Assembly (NCBI GenBank): GCA_039931975.1
Contig: JBDTQW010000003.1
Coordinates: 1-61,271, forward strand
DNA length: 61,271 nucleotides
Direction of reading: 5' to 3'
Origin: Chloroflexota bacterium
GTDB taxonomy: Bacteria > Chloroflexota > Limnocylindria > Limnocylindrales > CSP1-4
Positions 36,470-46,316 of this stretch are shown one piece after another. Under the pieces are notes generated by a model, which was given only the letters and a program-made list of their open reading frames with translations, searched no databases and had not been told where the DNA came from. Positions within the stretch are counted from its first letter, which is position 1. The number at the start of each line of letters is the position of its first letter. A program made the position numbers and the translations under genes.

Positions 36470-37686
36470 CCGGCGGTCAGGCCCAGCTCGCGGCCGATCC
36501 GATCGAACCCCGCCAGGGCCAGGTCGAGCTGCTCCTCGTCGTGGGCGGCGGTCACGATCGTCCGGATCCGGGACTTGTCGAGGGCCACCGTCGGAAAGAC
36601 GATCGGCTGGGCGAACACGCCCTCCTCGAACAGGCGGTCGCTGAAGCGGGCCGCGGTGTTGGAGTCGCCCATCATGACCGGGGTGATCGGTGTCTCCGAT
36701 GCGCCGGTGTCGAAGCCGAGCCGTACGAGCTCGGCCTTGAACCGCCGGGTGTTGGCCCACAGCTTTTCGATCAGCTCGGGCTCGTCCTCGAGGACGTGGA
36801 TCGCCTCGAGACAGGCCGCCACCACTGCCGGCGGATGCGACGTTGAGAAGAGGAACGGGCGGGCCCGCTGCGTCAGCAGGTCGCGCAGATCCTGCGACCC
36901 CGCGACATAGCCGCCCAGCACCCCGATCGCCTTGCTCAGGGTGCCGACCTGGATGGCCACCCGACCATGAAGACCGAAGTGGTCGACCGAGCCCCGACCG
37001 TTCCGCCCGAGCACGCCCGAGGCATGCGCGTCGTCGACCATGACGGCTGCGCCGAACGCCTCGGCCGCTTCGACGATCGCCGGCAAAGGCGCGATGTCAC
37101 CGTCCATGCTGAAGACGCCGTCGGTGACCACCAGGACGAGGCGATAGGCCAGTCCGGTGTCGGGCCGGCCATGCTCCTCGGCTTCGGCCAGGATCTCGCG
37201 CAGCGCAGCGACGTCGGCGTGCGGGTAGATCTTGCGCGGAGCCTTGGACAGCCGCATGCCATCGATGATCGAGGCGTGGTTGAGCGCGTCGGACACGATG
37301 AGGTCCTGCTCGCCGGTGAGGGCCGCGATGACACCCGTGTTGGCGCTGAACCCGGACTGGAAGGTAAGCGTCGCCGCGGCGCCCTTGAACCGGGCGAGCT
37401 CGGCCTCGAGCTCTTCGTGGAGCGACATCGTGCCGGCGATCGTGCGCACCGCACCGGAGCCGGCGCCGAACCGCTCGACGGCCGCCAGGGCCGCCGCCCG
37501 CAGACGGGGGTGGTGGGTCAGGCCAAGGTAGTCGTTCGACGACAGGCTGATCACGCGCCGATCGTCGACCGATACGATCGGGCCCTGGGCCGAACTCATG
37601 ACCCGCAACGGCCGATACAGGTGGCGGGTCCGGAGATCGTCGAGCTCCCCGGCCAAAAACGCCAGCGGATCGGGTCGGGGACTCAC
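36466..37686 (-). CDS. kbl: Glycine C-acetyltransferase (2-amino-3-ketobutyrate CoA ligase)
   Basis: [44 protein letters not shown]; operonic with tdh. Confidence 0.9.
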   Translation of the reverse strand: MSPRPDPLAFLAGELDDLRTRHLYRPLRVMSSAQGPIVSVDDRRVISLSSNDYLGLTHHPRLRAAALAAVERFGAGSGAVRTIAGTMSLHEELEAELARFKGAAATLTFQSGFSANTGVIAALTGEQDLIVSDALNHASIIDGMRLSKAPRKIYPHADVAALREILAEAEEHGRPDTGLAYRLVLVVTDGVFSMDGDIAPLPAIVEAAEAFGAAVMVDDAHASGVLGRNGRGSVDHFGLHGRVAIQVGTLSKAIGVLGGYVAGSQDLRDLLTQRARPFLFSTSHPPAVVAACLEAIHVLEDEPELIEKLWANTRRFKAELVRLGFDTGASETPITPVMMGDSNTAARFSDRLFEEGVFAQPIVFPTVALDKSRIRTIVTAAHDEEQLDLALAGFDRIGRELGLTAG

Positions 37687-38711
37687 TTCGTCCAGTCCAT
37701 GATGACCTTGCCCGAGTCGCCCGAGCGGGCCGCGGCGAACGCGGCCTCGAAGTCCCGGAATCCGAAGCGATGGGTGATCGCCGGGCGGATGTCCAGGCCC
37801 GACTGGAGCATGACCGTCATCTTGTACCAGGTTTCGTACATCTCCCGGCCGTAGATCCCCCGCAGGGTCAGCATCTTGAACACGATCTCGCTCACGTCGA
37901 GGGGGATCTCGGCGGTCGGGATACCCAGGATGGCCACGCCCCCGCCATGGGCCATGGCCCCGATCGCCGAGCGCAGTGCGGCGGCGTTGCCCGACATCTC
38001 CAGGGCGACATCGAAGCCCTCGACCATGTCCAGCTCTGCGAACACGCTGGCGAGCTGGCGCTCGCCGGGATCGACGACCAGGCTGGCGCCCATCTTGATG
38101 GCCAGCTCGCGCCGGAACGGATTGGGCTCGGACACGACGATGTGGCGGGCGCCCGCGTGTCGGACGACCGCGGTGGCCATCAGCCCGATCGGCCCGGCCC
38201 CGCTAATCAAGACGTCCTCACCCAGGATCGGGAAGGCCAGGGCCGTGTGGACGGCGTTGCCGAACGGATCGAAGATCGCGGCGACCTCCGGGTCGACCCC
38301 GGGCCAGTGGTGCCACACATTGGTCATCGGCAGGGCGACGTATTCGGCGAACGCTCCGTCTCGACCGACCCCGAGGCCGATCGCCTTGGCACACAGGTTT
38401 CGTCTGCCTGCCAGGCAGTGACGGCACCGGCCGCACACGACGTGACCTTCGCCACTGACCAGGTCGCCCGGGGCGAAGTCGGTGACGTTTGTCCCGACCG
38501 ACACGATCTCGCCGACGAATTCGTGACCGACGACAAGAGGCGGCACGATCGTCCTTGCGGCCCACGGGTCCCAGGCCTCGATATGGAGGTCGGTGCCGCA
38601 GATGCCGGTCCGGGCGACCCGGATCAGGACGTCGTTGATGCCCATCGCCGGGATGGGGACCTCGCGCAATTCGAGGCCCGGTCCCGGCGCGCTCTTGACC
38701 AGGGCATGCAT
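37683..38711 (-). CDS. tdh: L-threonine 3-dehydrogenase
   Basis: [45 protein letters not shown]. Confidence 0.96.
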   Translation of the reverse strand: MHALVKSAPGPGLELREVPIPAMGINDVLIRVARTGICGTDLHIEAWDPWAARTIVPPLVVGHEFVGEIVSVGTNVTDFAPGDLVSGEGHVVCGRCRHCLAGRRNLCAKAIGLGVGRDGAFAEYVALPMTNVWHHWPGVDPEVAAIFDPFGNAVHTALAFPILGEDVLISGAGPIGLMATAVVRHAGARHIVVSEPNPFRRELAIKMGASLVVDPGERQLASVFAELDMVEGFDVALEMSGNAAALRSAIGAMAHGGGVAILGIPTAEIPLDVSEIVFKMLTLRGIYGREMYETWYKMTVMLQSGLDIRPAITHRFGFRDFEAAFAAARSGDSGKVIMDWTK

Positions 38712-38725
38712 GGCCGCCGCCGCCG

Positions 38726-39694
38726 TCAGTCGGTCTCTGCCGCGTCGACGACCGGGTTCTCGACCGAGCCGATGCCCTCGATCTCGACCCGGATCCGGTC
38801 ACCCGACGCCAGAAAGACCGGAGGCTCGCGGAAGACGCCCACCCCGGACGGCGTCCCGGTCGTGATGATGTCGCCGGGATCGAGGGTGATCGAGCGGCTC
38901 ACGAACTCGATCAGGGCGGGGATATCGAAGAGCAGATCGTCAGTGTTGGCGGCCTGCCAGGGCACCGACGTGCCGGCATCGGCGCCCGACCCTGGAATGA
39001 GCCACGAACGGAGCTCGAGGGCCGGCGGTGACGGCACCTCGTCGGCCGTGACGAACACCGGCCCCATCGGATAGAACGTGTCCGAGCCCTTCGCCCGGAG
39101 CCACTGACCGTCGCCACGCTCGCCGGCCCGAAGCGCCTGTCGCGTGCCCTGCCAATCACGGGCCGAGACGTCGTTGCCGACCACGTAGCCGCCGACATGG
39201 GCCCACGCGTCTGCGGCGGCGACCCGCCGCGCGGTCGTCCCGATGACCACCCCGAGCTCCGCCTCGAAGTCAAGCGCGTGGCAGCCGATCGGACGGATCA
39301 CGGGCTCCCCCTCCGCAACGACCGCGTTGGCGAACTTCGAGAACAGGAGCGGACGGTCGGGTGGCGCGATCCCCTGCTCTGCGGCGTGGGCCCGATAATT
39401 CAGGCCGACGCATACGATCTTGCCGGGGTATGGGAAGGCCGGGCCCGGTCGCCGCGTGTCCAAGGGACGCGATTGGGCGCCGTGGGCGACGGCGCGATCG
39501 GCCGACTTGGCCAGCCGCCGCCACCAGGACCGGTCGGCGAAGCCGAGGACCGTGCCAAGGTCCAGGTGGGTCCAGACCCAGGCGCCGGCGAGCCCACCTT
39601 CACGCTCGAGCTGGCCGCCGGTCAGGAGGCCGCCCCCTACGACCACCGCCCAGCGATCACGGCCGGAGCGGGTGCGATACGCGTATAGCTGCAT
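38726..39694 (-). CDS. Fumarylacetoacetate hydrolase family protein
   Basis: [47 protein letters not shown]. Confidence 0.92.
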   Translation of the reverse strand: MQLYAYRTRSGRDRWAVVVGGGLLTGGQLEREGGLAGAWVWTHLDLGTVLGFADRSWWRRLAKSADRAVAHGAQSRPLDTRRPGPAFPYPGKIVCVGLNYRAHAAEQGIAPPDRPLLFSKFANAVVAEGEPVIRPIGCHALDFEAELGVVIGTTARRVAAADAWAHVGGYVVGNDVSARDWQGTRQALRAGERGDGQWLRAKGSDTFYPMGPVFVTADEVPSPPALELRSWLIPGSGADAGTSVPWQAANTDDLLFDIPALIEFVSRSITLDPGDIITTGTPSGVGVFREPPVFLASGDRIRVEIEGIGSVENPVVDAAETD

Positions 39695-39705
39695 GGGCCT
39701 CCCTT

Positions 39706-40650
39706 TCAGGAAGGGCCGGGGCTCGCTTCCGGGCTCGCGGCAGGGCTGGTCGAGGGCGAGCTGCTCGATGACGGCGTAGTGCTCGATGAAGCGCCAGGCG
39801 AGCCGCTCGGCGCCTCGGACGGCGTCGGCGGTGGCCGCGCGCACTGCGGCTCGGGGTTGTGGAGCTCCGCCTGGGTCGTGAAGTACTCGAGGATCTGGGC
39901 GGTGTCGAGCTTGTCCTGGAACAGGACCCGTCCCCAGAGCAGCGCCGCGATCGGCTTCTTCATCTCCTCGAACCGGGTGATCACGGGACCGATCTGCCCC
40001 TTTGGCTTCTTGCAGATGGGACTATCGGGGAACGACTTGAACAGGTCCTGGAGGGCCTGCTGGGTCGTCGCGTCGCAGGCGCCCTTGTCGCAGCTGTACA
40101 GGACGACCAACCCGCCGTGCTCCAGGTTGTGGATCCAGCCCTCGGGCACGGTCGCGTCGTCCGGGCTGTAGTAGCGACCCGGGATCGGTCCACCCGACGA
40201 AGCGTAATGGGGACCCGACGCCGGCGGACACGCCGCGTAGCGCTGGTTCGCCGGCGCGATGATGTGGTTCCGACCTATGTCGGACTGGACCTGGCCGAGG
40301 GGACCGGGTGAGCCGTTCGGCAAGGGCGCGGCTGCCGGCGCCGGGTCCGTCTGGGTGCTGCAGGCATAGGCCTTGCTGTTCGCCTGGATGACCACGAACC
40401 CGCCGGCCAGGACGACGGCCGCGATCACCAGCAGAGCGAGGAGGCTGCCGCGGTTGCGTTCGAGGAACGGCCGTCGCCGGTAAGTGGTCCGGCTGCGGGC
40501 GCGTTCGCGCTCGCGTTCTCGCTCGCGTCGGCCGCGCCGGGTCTCGCCGGCAGGGCCTCGCTCCGTGCCGCCGACGTCTCGGCCGCCGACCGGTCGGCTG
40601 ACCCCGGCTGGGGGCAGGCCGCTCGACGACCGCTTGGATTCGTTGCTCAC
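39706..40650 (-). CDS. DUF3105-domain membrane-anchored protein
   Basis: PPASGPHY, WIHNLEHGGLVVLY; Arg-rich N-terminus, one TM segment, Ser/Pro tail. Confidence 0.8.
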   Translation of the reverse strand: MSNESKRSSSGLPPAGVSRPVGGRDVGGTERGPAGETRRGRRERERERERARSRTTYRRRPFLERNRGSLLALLVIAAVVLAGGFVVIQANSKAYACSTQTDPAPAAAPLPNGSPGPLGQVQSDIGRNHIIAPANQRYAACPPASGPHYASSGGPIPGRYYSPDDATVPEGWIHNLEHGGLVVLYSCDKGACDATTQQALQDLFKSFPDSPICKKPKGQIGPVITRFEEMKKPIAALLWGRVLFQDKLDTAQILEYFTTQAELHNPEPQCARPPPTPSEAPSGSPGASSSTTPSSSSSPSTSPAASPEASPGPS

Positions 40651-40842
40651 AGATCGCCTCGGTGGATGGGCGCCGTCGACGATGGCGCCAGGGTATCGGC
40701 AAGAAGGCGACGGGACCAGCCCGCCACCGGCAGAGGGTACCTTCCCGGGGCCGCTAGCGTGTCGCGACGTCGGATCGGTCCGTGGACGAAGCCATGGCCT
40801 CGGTCACCCGCGTCCGATGCGGCGTGGCAGAATCCGCCGGCG

Positions 40843-41244
40843 ATGACCGAGCCCGACACGATCCAACCGAAGCGGCGGATGCCCAATGGGCTGCGGATCT
40901 TCCTGGTCTATGCCCTGGCGATCATGGCCATGATCGGGCTGTCGCTCCGATTCGTGGTCGACACCGCGATCTCGACTCCGGTCAGCCTCCTCGGGCTGAT
41001 CGTGATGATCCTGCTGGCCTACACGATCTTCACGGTCACTCTCGTCCTCCAGCGCAAGCAAGCCGCCCGGGGCCTGGCCCTCGGCCTGGCCAGCCTGACC
41101 CTGCCGGCCGTCCCGCTCGGGTTCCTGAGCTTTACGGTGGCCAGCACCGGGATGGCCGTCGCGCTGTTCTGCTCGGCTCTGGCCGTCCTCCTCTTCCGGG
41201 GCCTGTTGCGGCCCGACGTCGAGGCATACCTCGACCAGCCCTGA
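40843..41244 (+). CDS. Hypothetical 4-TM membrane protein
   Basis: Four hydrophobic segments; coding-like codon bias. Confidence 0.7.
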   Translation: MTEPDTIQPKRRMPNGLRIFLVYALAIMAMIGLSLRFVVDTAISTPVSLLGLIVMILLAYTIFTVTLVLQRKQAARGLALGLASLTLPAVPLGFLSFTVASTGMAVALFCSALAVLLFRGLLRPDVEAYLDQP

Positions 41245-41309
41245 GCCCGGCCCAGGCTGAGCGACCCCAGGCCGATCGGAGACGGGCCGATGCTATCCTC
41301 CGCGTCTCC

Positions 41310-41936
41310 ATGGCCGACCTTCCGTTCAGTCCCGCCGCCCCGGGGATCGCTGAGCGTCTTGCCGCCTGCCTCGACATCGAGGAAAAAATCCCGCGGGCAC
41401 TAGAAGCGCTCGGTCCGGTCGCCGATCGCGATGTCGTCCTGGTCGACGGCGATGGTGGCCGGAGGGCCGCTCAGCTGACCGAGCTGGGCGCCAGGGTACG
41501 GTCGCTGCCCGTGAGCGCACCCGGTGAGCGCCTCGCCGCCGCCGATGGGTCGGCGGATGTCGTTGTCGGCCTGTGGTCGACATTCAGAGCACCCAGCGGT
41601 CACGAGGTGGTGGAGGCGGACCGGGTGCTCCGGCCCGATGGCCGGCTCCTGGTCGTCCATGACTACGGGCGTGACGAGGTGTCGCGGCTGCGCGGCGATC
41701 TGCCCGAATACGGTGCATGGAGTCGGCGTGACGGGTGGTACCTGACCAACGGCTTTCGGATCCGGGTGATCCATTGCTTCTGGACCTTCGAGTCGATCGA
41801 GGAGGCTCGAGCGTTCCTCGGGGACGTCTTCGGCGAGGCGGGCGAACGGGTCGGAGAGAGTCTCAAGCGGCCTCGTCTGAGCTACAACGTGGCGATCTAC
41901 CACCGGACTCGCGGTGGCGCCGAACCGCGGGCCTGA
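41310..41936 (+). CDS. Class I SAM-dependent methyltransferase-like protein with degenerate motif I
   Basis: ADGSADVVV, EADRVLRPDGRLLVVHDYG; motif I reads VDGDGG. Confidence 0.7.
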   Translation: MADLPFSPAAPGIAERLAACLDIEEKIPRALEALGPVADRDVVLVDGDGGRRAAQLTELGARVRSLPVSAPGERLAAADGSADVVVGLWSTFRAPSGHEVVEADRVLRPDGRLLVVHDYGRDEVSRLRGDLPEYGAWSRRDGWYLTNGFRIRVIHCFWTFESIEEARAFLGDVFGEAGERVGESLKRPRLSYNVAIYHRTRGGAEPRA

Positions 41937-41985
41937 TCGGCGTCCGCTGGTACGCTCCGACGGTGACGACCCGACAGGTCCGGCC

Positions 41986-42429
41986 TTGACCGTTCCCAAC
42001 GACCGGCGCTACCTCGTCGACGACGACCCCGGCTATGCCGACCCCGGCTACGCCGAACCCGGCTACGACCCCGGCTACGCCGACCAGAACGAACCCCCCG
42101 AATGGCCGGCGCCCCGGCCGCGGCGGCGGCGGATCACGCCCCTTCGGGTGACGCTCGGGATCGCCCTGCTCGTGTCGCTCGCGGTCGTCGGGTACGGCCT
42201 CGTCGCCCGCGACGCAACGCAGTTGCCGATGCTGACGGCCGGCGAGTTCATCAGCGGGATCGTCTTCGGCCTGTTGGCCCTCGCCGGCGCCTGGGCGGCC
42301 TACAGCCGGTCACGCGAAGGCTCCCCCGGCCGAGCGCTCGTCTACGCCGTGATGGGCGGCATCGCCGCGCTGCTCGCGGCGGGCTCCTTGGCATTCGCGA
42401 TCATCCTGGCCCTCACCCTGGGCAAGTAG
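41986..42429 (+). CDS. Hypothetical membrane protein with N-terminal DPGY repeats
   Basis: Acidic repeat region, then RRRR and three hydrophobic segments. Start uncertain. Confidence 0.7.
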   Translation: MTVPNDRRYLVDDDPGYADPGYAEPGYDPGYADQNEPPEWPAPRPRRRRITPLRVTLGIALLVSLAVVGYGLVARDATQLPMLTAGEFISGIVFGLLALAGAWAAYSRSREGSPGRALVYAVMGGIAALLAAGSLAFAIILALTLGK

Positions 42430-42521
42430 GCGCAGGCGGACCGAGCGGCCTACGTTGGTGCGACCGGCTGCCCTGCGTCGGGTGGGTGGCCGGGGGCCCT
42501 CTGCTAGACTCGGCGACGCTC

Positions 42522-42598
42522 GCCCCCATCGTCTAGAGGCCTAGGACGCCACCCTTTCAAGGTGGAGATCAGGGGTTCGAATCCCCTTGGGGGCACCA
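42522..42598 (+). tRNA. tRNA-Glu (anticodon TTC), CCA encoded
   Basis: Acceptor GCCCCCA/TGGGGGC, anticodon arm CCACC-CTTTCAA-GGTGG, T arm AGGGG-TTCGAAT-CCCCT, then ACCA; TGCTAGACT extended -10 at 42502-42510. Confidence 0.97.
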
Positions 42599-42659
42599 GG
42601 CTCCAGCACCCGTCCACTCGGCCGGACCTCGAGCCGGACGCGATGCTACGATCGGGCCA

Positions 42660-43013
42660 ATGGAGATCATGGGTGTCCACATCCGGACGATCGTCAAGGA
42701 CAACGTCGCGACCCGCTGCGACGGCTGCCAGGAGGTCATCCAGGGCACGCCCTGGCGGATCAACCTGCTCGACATCGTGTCGCCCGAGGCGGCGGCATCA
42801 TGGACCGAGCGGCCCGCGATCAATCCCGGTCCCTTCCAGTTCCATTCAGATCCGACTCACGTTCGTCGCTGGATGGCGGCCAAGGGCTACCTGTTCTGTC
42901 GCCGGGGCGAGGTCCGCGAGCTGATGCGGCCGGTGCCCATCCCGGGAGACGGGCCGCAGTGGGGACTGTGCGACGGCCTCCATCGCGATGACCACGAGTT
43001 CGTTCCCGCCTGA
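42660..43013 (+). CDS. Hypothetical Cys/His-containing protein
   Basis: CDGC plus further Cys/His residues; TGC-TACGAT lies 7 nt before the ATG. Confidence 0.75.
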   Translation: MEIMGVHIRTIVKDNVATRCDGCQEVIQGTPWRINLLDIVSPEAAASWTERPAINPGPFQFHSDPTHVRRWMAAKGYLFCRRGEVRELMRPVPIPGDGPQWGLCDGLHRDDHEFVPA

Positions 43014-43040
43014 CATCCGAGTCGACCTGAGCGACGAGCC

Positions 43041-44099
43041 ATGAACCTGACCATCCTGTTGCCCGCGCTGACCTCGATCCTGGCCCTGGTCTTCGGCGTC
43101 CTCCTGCTCGACCAATGGCGCGAGCGCCGGCGGGCCTACCAGCTGATCTGGGCGGTCGGGATGCTGTTCTTCGGGATCGCCTCGGGCTGCGAGGCCATCG
43201 CCGCGATCGGGGCCTGGGACGAGCTGCTCTATCGGACCTGGTACCTCACCGGGGCGGTCTGGACGGCGGGCTGGCTCGGGCTTGGAACGGCCTTCCTGCT
43301 CGGGCGCACGCGGTTCGGCTACACCTTCGCGGTCTGCCTCCTGCTTGCGGGGGTGTTCACCCTGCTGACGCAGCGCCGGTACGACTACCCGGGGGCCGGC
43401 AGTGCCCCCGTCCTCTACCTGATCGGCGCCATCGTCCTGGCCGTTGCCGTCGCGGTCGAGACGTACTTCGCCAATGAGCGCTGGCCGGTGCTGGCCGCGG
43501 TCGCAGTCGGCGGGGCGACCGCATTGAGCCTGGGGATCATGGTCACGACGACCTTGGCGGCTCCCGGGTACGCACTCGATCCTGCCACTGGCGTCCCGAT
43601 CGGCGACCTGTTCCCCGGGACGCTGCGCCTGCTGACCCCGTTCATGAACATCACCGGAGGATTCGCCCTGATCCTGGGTGCGGCGTTCTCGGCCTACGTG
43701 TTCATGCCAAAGCGTCGCCGGCTCGATTACTCGCTCGATCCGAACCAACCGGGCGACCAGTTCCTCTTCAACCTGCTCATCTCGCCGGTCGCGATCGTGG
43801 TCAACTTCCTCGCCTCGATCCCCGTTGCCATTCGCGCGGCCGTGGCGGGCCGGATCAGCAGTCGGGTGCCGTCCACGATCCTCATCGCGATCGGCGGCCT
43901 GCTCGCAAGCGGCGGCGACGCGCTCAACCGGTTCGGGATCACCGAATACTTCCAGGTCGGCAAGTTCCTGGCCGTGTTGTGCCTTCTGGCGGGCTTCCTG
44001 GTCTCGACCGAGGTCTTCCGCGAGATCCGGGTCCCGTTCACCCGCATCCGTCTCCGTGCGGCGCGCCGGGATACCGCGAGCGAGGTGTCCGCCGACTGA
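43041..44099 (+). CDS. Hypothetical polytopic membrane protein
   Basis: About 10 hydrophobic segments; no family recognised with confidence. Confidence 0.8.
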   Translation: MNLTILLPALTSILALVFGVLLLDQWRERRRAYQLIWAVGMLFFGIASGCEAIAAIGAWDELLYRTWYLTGAVWTAGWLGLGTAFLLGRTRFGYTFAVCLLLAGVFTLLTQRRYDYPGAGSAPVLYLIGAIVLAVAVAVETYFANERWPVLAAVAVGGATALSLGIMVTTTLAAPGYALDPATGVPIGDLFPGTLRLLTPFMNITGGFALILGAAFSAYVFMPKRRRLDYSLDPNQPGDQFLFNLLISPVAIVVNFLASIPVAIRAAVAGRISSRVPSTILIAIGGLLASGGDALNRFGITEYFQVGKFLAVLCLLAGFLVSTEVFREIRVPFTRIRLRAARRDTASEVSAD

Positions 44100-44134
44100 C
44101 CCGGCCCGGAAGCCCAGCTCGCTACGCTTCGGCG

Positions 44135-45169
44135 ATGCAGATCGACGGCCGTCGGGCGACGCTGGGGACCCTCGCAGTCGTCATCGCCGCCTCACTTTTC
44201 GGGATCCTCGGCCCCGTCTCGCGACTGGCCGGTGACCGAGCCGGAATCGAGACGCTCGCGTTCGTCACCTGGCGGTCGCTGCTTGGGGCGGTCGTGGTGG
44301 GCTGTCTCCTGGCGTTCCGCATGTCGCGCGGGCAACCGATCGTCGGGGTTCGGGCGATGTCGGTCCGGGCGCGCTCGTCGCTGCTCGTAGCGGCCGTCAG
44401 CGGGGTCATCCTCAACCTGGCCATCTTCATCGCATTTGCCCGAGTCACCGTTGCCCTCGCGCTACTCGGCTTCTACACGTATCCCGCCCTGGTCACGCTC
44501 GCCGTGATCCTCATCGAGCGGCGCCGTCCGGACCGGATCCAGCTCGCGGCCCTGGCCATGGCCACGGCGGGGATGGCGATCGTCCTCCTCGGCGGGGTGG
44601 ATCCCGCCTCGGGCCTCTCCTTCGACGTGCTCGGTCTCGTCCTGGCCCTCGTCGCCGCGGTCGCCCAGACCGTATTCGTACTGGTCAGCCGACACGGCTA
44701 TGCAGCGGTCCCGATCGATCAGGCGTCGTTCGTGGTGCTTGCCGGCGGGGCCCTCGGCTTCCTGGCCATCGCCCTGCTGACCGGCACGGGCCCTGCCATC
44801 GTTAGCCCAGTGTCCAACCCGATCGCATGGTCCTACCTGGTCGCCGGCGGCGTGCTCGGCGCCGGGATCCCGACCACACTGTTCCTGCTCGGGATCCGCT
44901 GGATCGGCGGAGTCCGGTCGGGGATCCTGGCACTGCTCGAGCCCGTCGTGGGTGTGCTCCTGGCGGCGATCCTGCTGAACGAATTGCTCCGACCGATCCA
45001 GCTGCTCGGTGGCGCCCTCGTCCTCTCCGCGGCGTTCCTCCTGCAGCGGACGCCGTCGCAGCCGGGCCCGCAGGCCGGGCCAGGGAGCGACGCTCGGCAG
45101 GGCCCTGCCGGACAGAGCGGCGAGGCGTCCGCCGAAGCCGCGGGAGCCCAGCCGCCGCCCCTCGTCTGA
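44135..45169 (+). CDS. EamA/DMT family transporter
   Basis: Two 5-TM repeats; LGFYTYPALV and LLEPVVGVLLA motifs. Confidence 0.9.
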   Translation: MQIDGRRATLGTLAVVIAASLFGILGPVSRLAGDRAGIETLAFVTWRSLLGAVVVGCLLAFRMSRGQPIVGVRAMSVRARSSLLVAAVSGVILNLAIFIAFARVTVALALLGFYTYPALVTLAVILIERRRPDRIQLAALAMATAGMAIVLLGGVDPASGLSFDVLGLVLALVAAVAQTVFVLVSRHGYAAVPIDQASFVVLAGGALGFLAIALLTGTGPAIVSPVSNPIAWSYLVAGGVLGAGIPTTLFLLGIRWIGGVRSGILALLEPVVGVLLAAILLNELLRPIQLLGGALVLSAAFLLQRTPSQPGPQAGPGSDARQGPAGQSGEASAEAAGAQPPPLV

Positions 45170-45233
45170 CCGGTTGCGAAGGCCCTCGGGGGTATACTCG
45201 GCCGGTCCACGAGCGCTGTCCATCCGAGGTTCG

Positions 45234-46112
45234 ATGCGAGTCCGCAAAGCCGTCTTCCCCGCCGCCGGATGGGGCACCCGCTTCCTGCCGGCCACGAAGG
45301 CGCAGCCCAAGGAGATGCTCCCTCTCGTCGACAAACCAGTCATCCAGTACGCGGTCGAAGAGGCCGTCGCCGCCGGCATCGAGCAGGTCATCATCGTCAC
45401 CTCGAGCCAGAAGCGAGCGATCGAGGACCACTTCGACCTGTCGTATGAGCTCGAGCACCTCCTCGAGGAGCGCGGTGACGTCGAGATGCTTCGGCGCATC
45501 CGCCACATCAGCGACCTGGCTCAGATCGCCTACGTCCGCCAGAAGGAGCAACTCGGCCTCGGCCACGCCGTGCTGATGGCCAAGGAGCTGATCGGCCACG
45601 AGCCGTTCGCCGTCATCCTGTCCGACGACGTGCTGGTCTCGGATCGACCGGTGATCGGTCAGCTGATGCACGTCTACGACCAGACCCACGCCTCGGTCAT
45701 CGCGGTCACCGAGGTAGCCCATGACGAGACCGGGCGCTACGGGGTCATCGATCCCGAGCCGGCCGGCGATGAGCTCGACCACGGACGACTCCACCGAGTG
45801 AAGGGCGTGGTGGAGAAGCCCGATCCGTCGGTGGCTCCCTCGAACCTGGCGATCATCGGGCGCTATGTCCTGACCCCGAAGATCTTCGACAAGCTGGAGC
45901 AGACGCAGCGCGGGACTGGAGGCGAGATCCAGCTGACCGATGCGATCGAGGCGCTGATGGTCGAGCAGGCCGTCTATGCCTACGAGTTCGAGGGGACCCG
46001 CTACGACGCCGGGACGACGATGGGCTGGCTCAAGGCCTCAGTTGAGCTCGCCCTCCAGCGGCCCGAGCTGTCGGCCGAGTTTCGGGAGTACCTGGCCAAC
46101 CTCGCGCTCTGA
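45234..46112 (+). CDS. galU: UTP--glucose-1-phosphate uridylyltransferase
   Basis: KAVFPAAGWGTRFLPATKAQPKEMLP, QKEQLGLGHAV, GGEIQLTDAI. Confidence 0.96.
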   Translation: MRVRKAVFPAAGWGTRFLPATKAQPKEMLPLVDKPVIQYAVEEAVAAGIEQVIIVTSSQKRAIEDHFDLSYELEHLLEERGDVEMLRRIRHISDLAQIAYVRQKEQLGLGHAVLMAKELIGHEPFAVILSDDVLVSDRPVIGQLMHVYDQTHASVIAVTEVAHDETGRYGVIDPEPAGDELDHGRLHRVKGVVEKPDPSVAPSNLAIIGRYVLTPKIFDKLEQTQRGTGGEIQLTDAIEALMVEQAVYAYEFEGTRYDAGTTMGWLKASVELALQRPELSAEFREYLANLAL

Positions 46113-46316
46113 GTCGTCCCCGCCCGGCGAGGTGCGGGCGGGCGCCGAGCATCCGCCGTCACCTCGGCCGCCGAGCATCCGTCCCGGGTGGGGTACGATG
46201 CCGGCCGGCACACGCACGGTCCGACGGTCGCGGGCTGACTGGCGTGATCGACGCGCGGGCCATCCTTGGCGACAGGCGACGCGCGCTACACCAATGACAG
46301 CATCGAGGGATCAAGC

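Noticed and set aside
42522-43013. tRNA-Glu as an integration site
   Set aside because: No integrase, no duplicated tRNA 3' end seen in the window, and no compositional change downstream.
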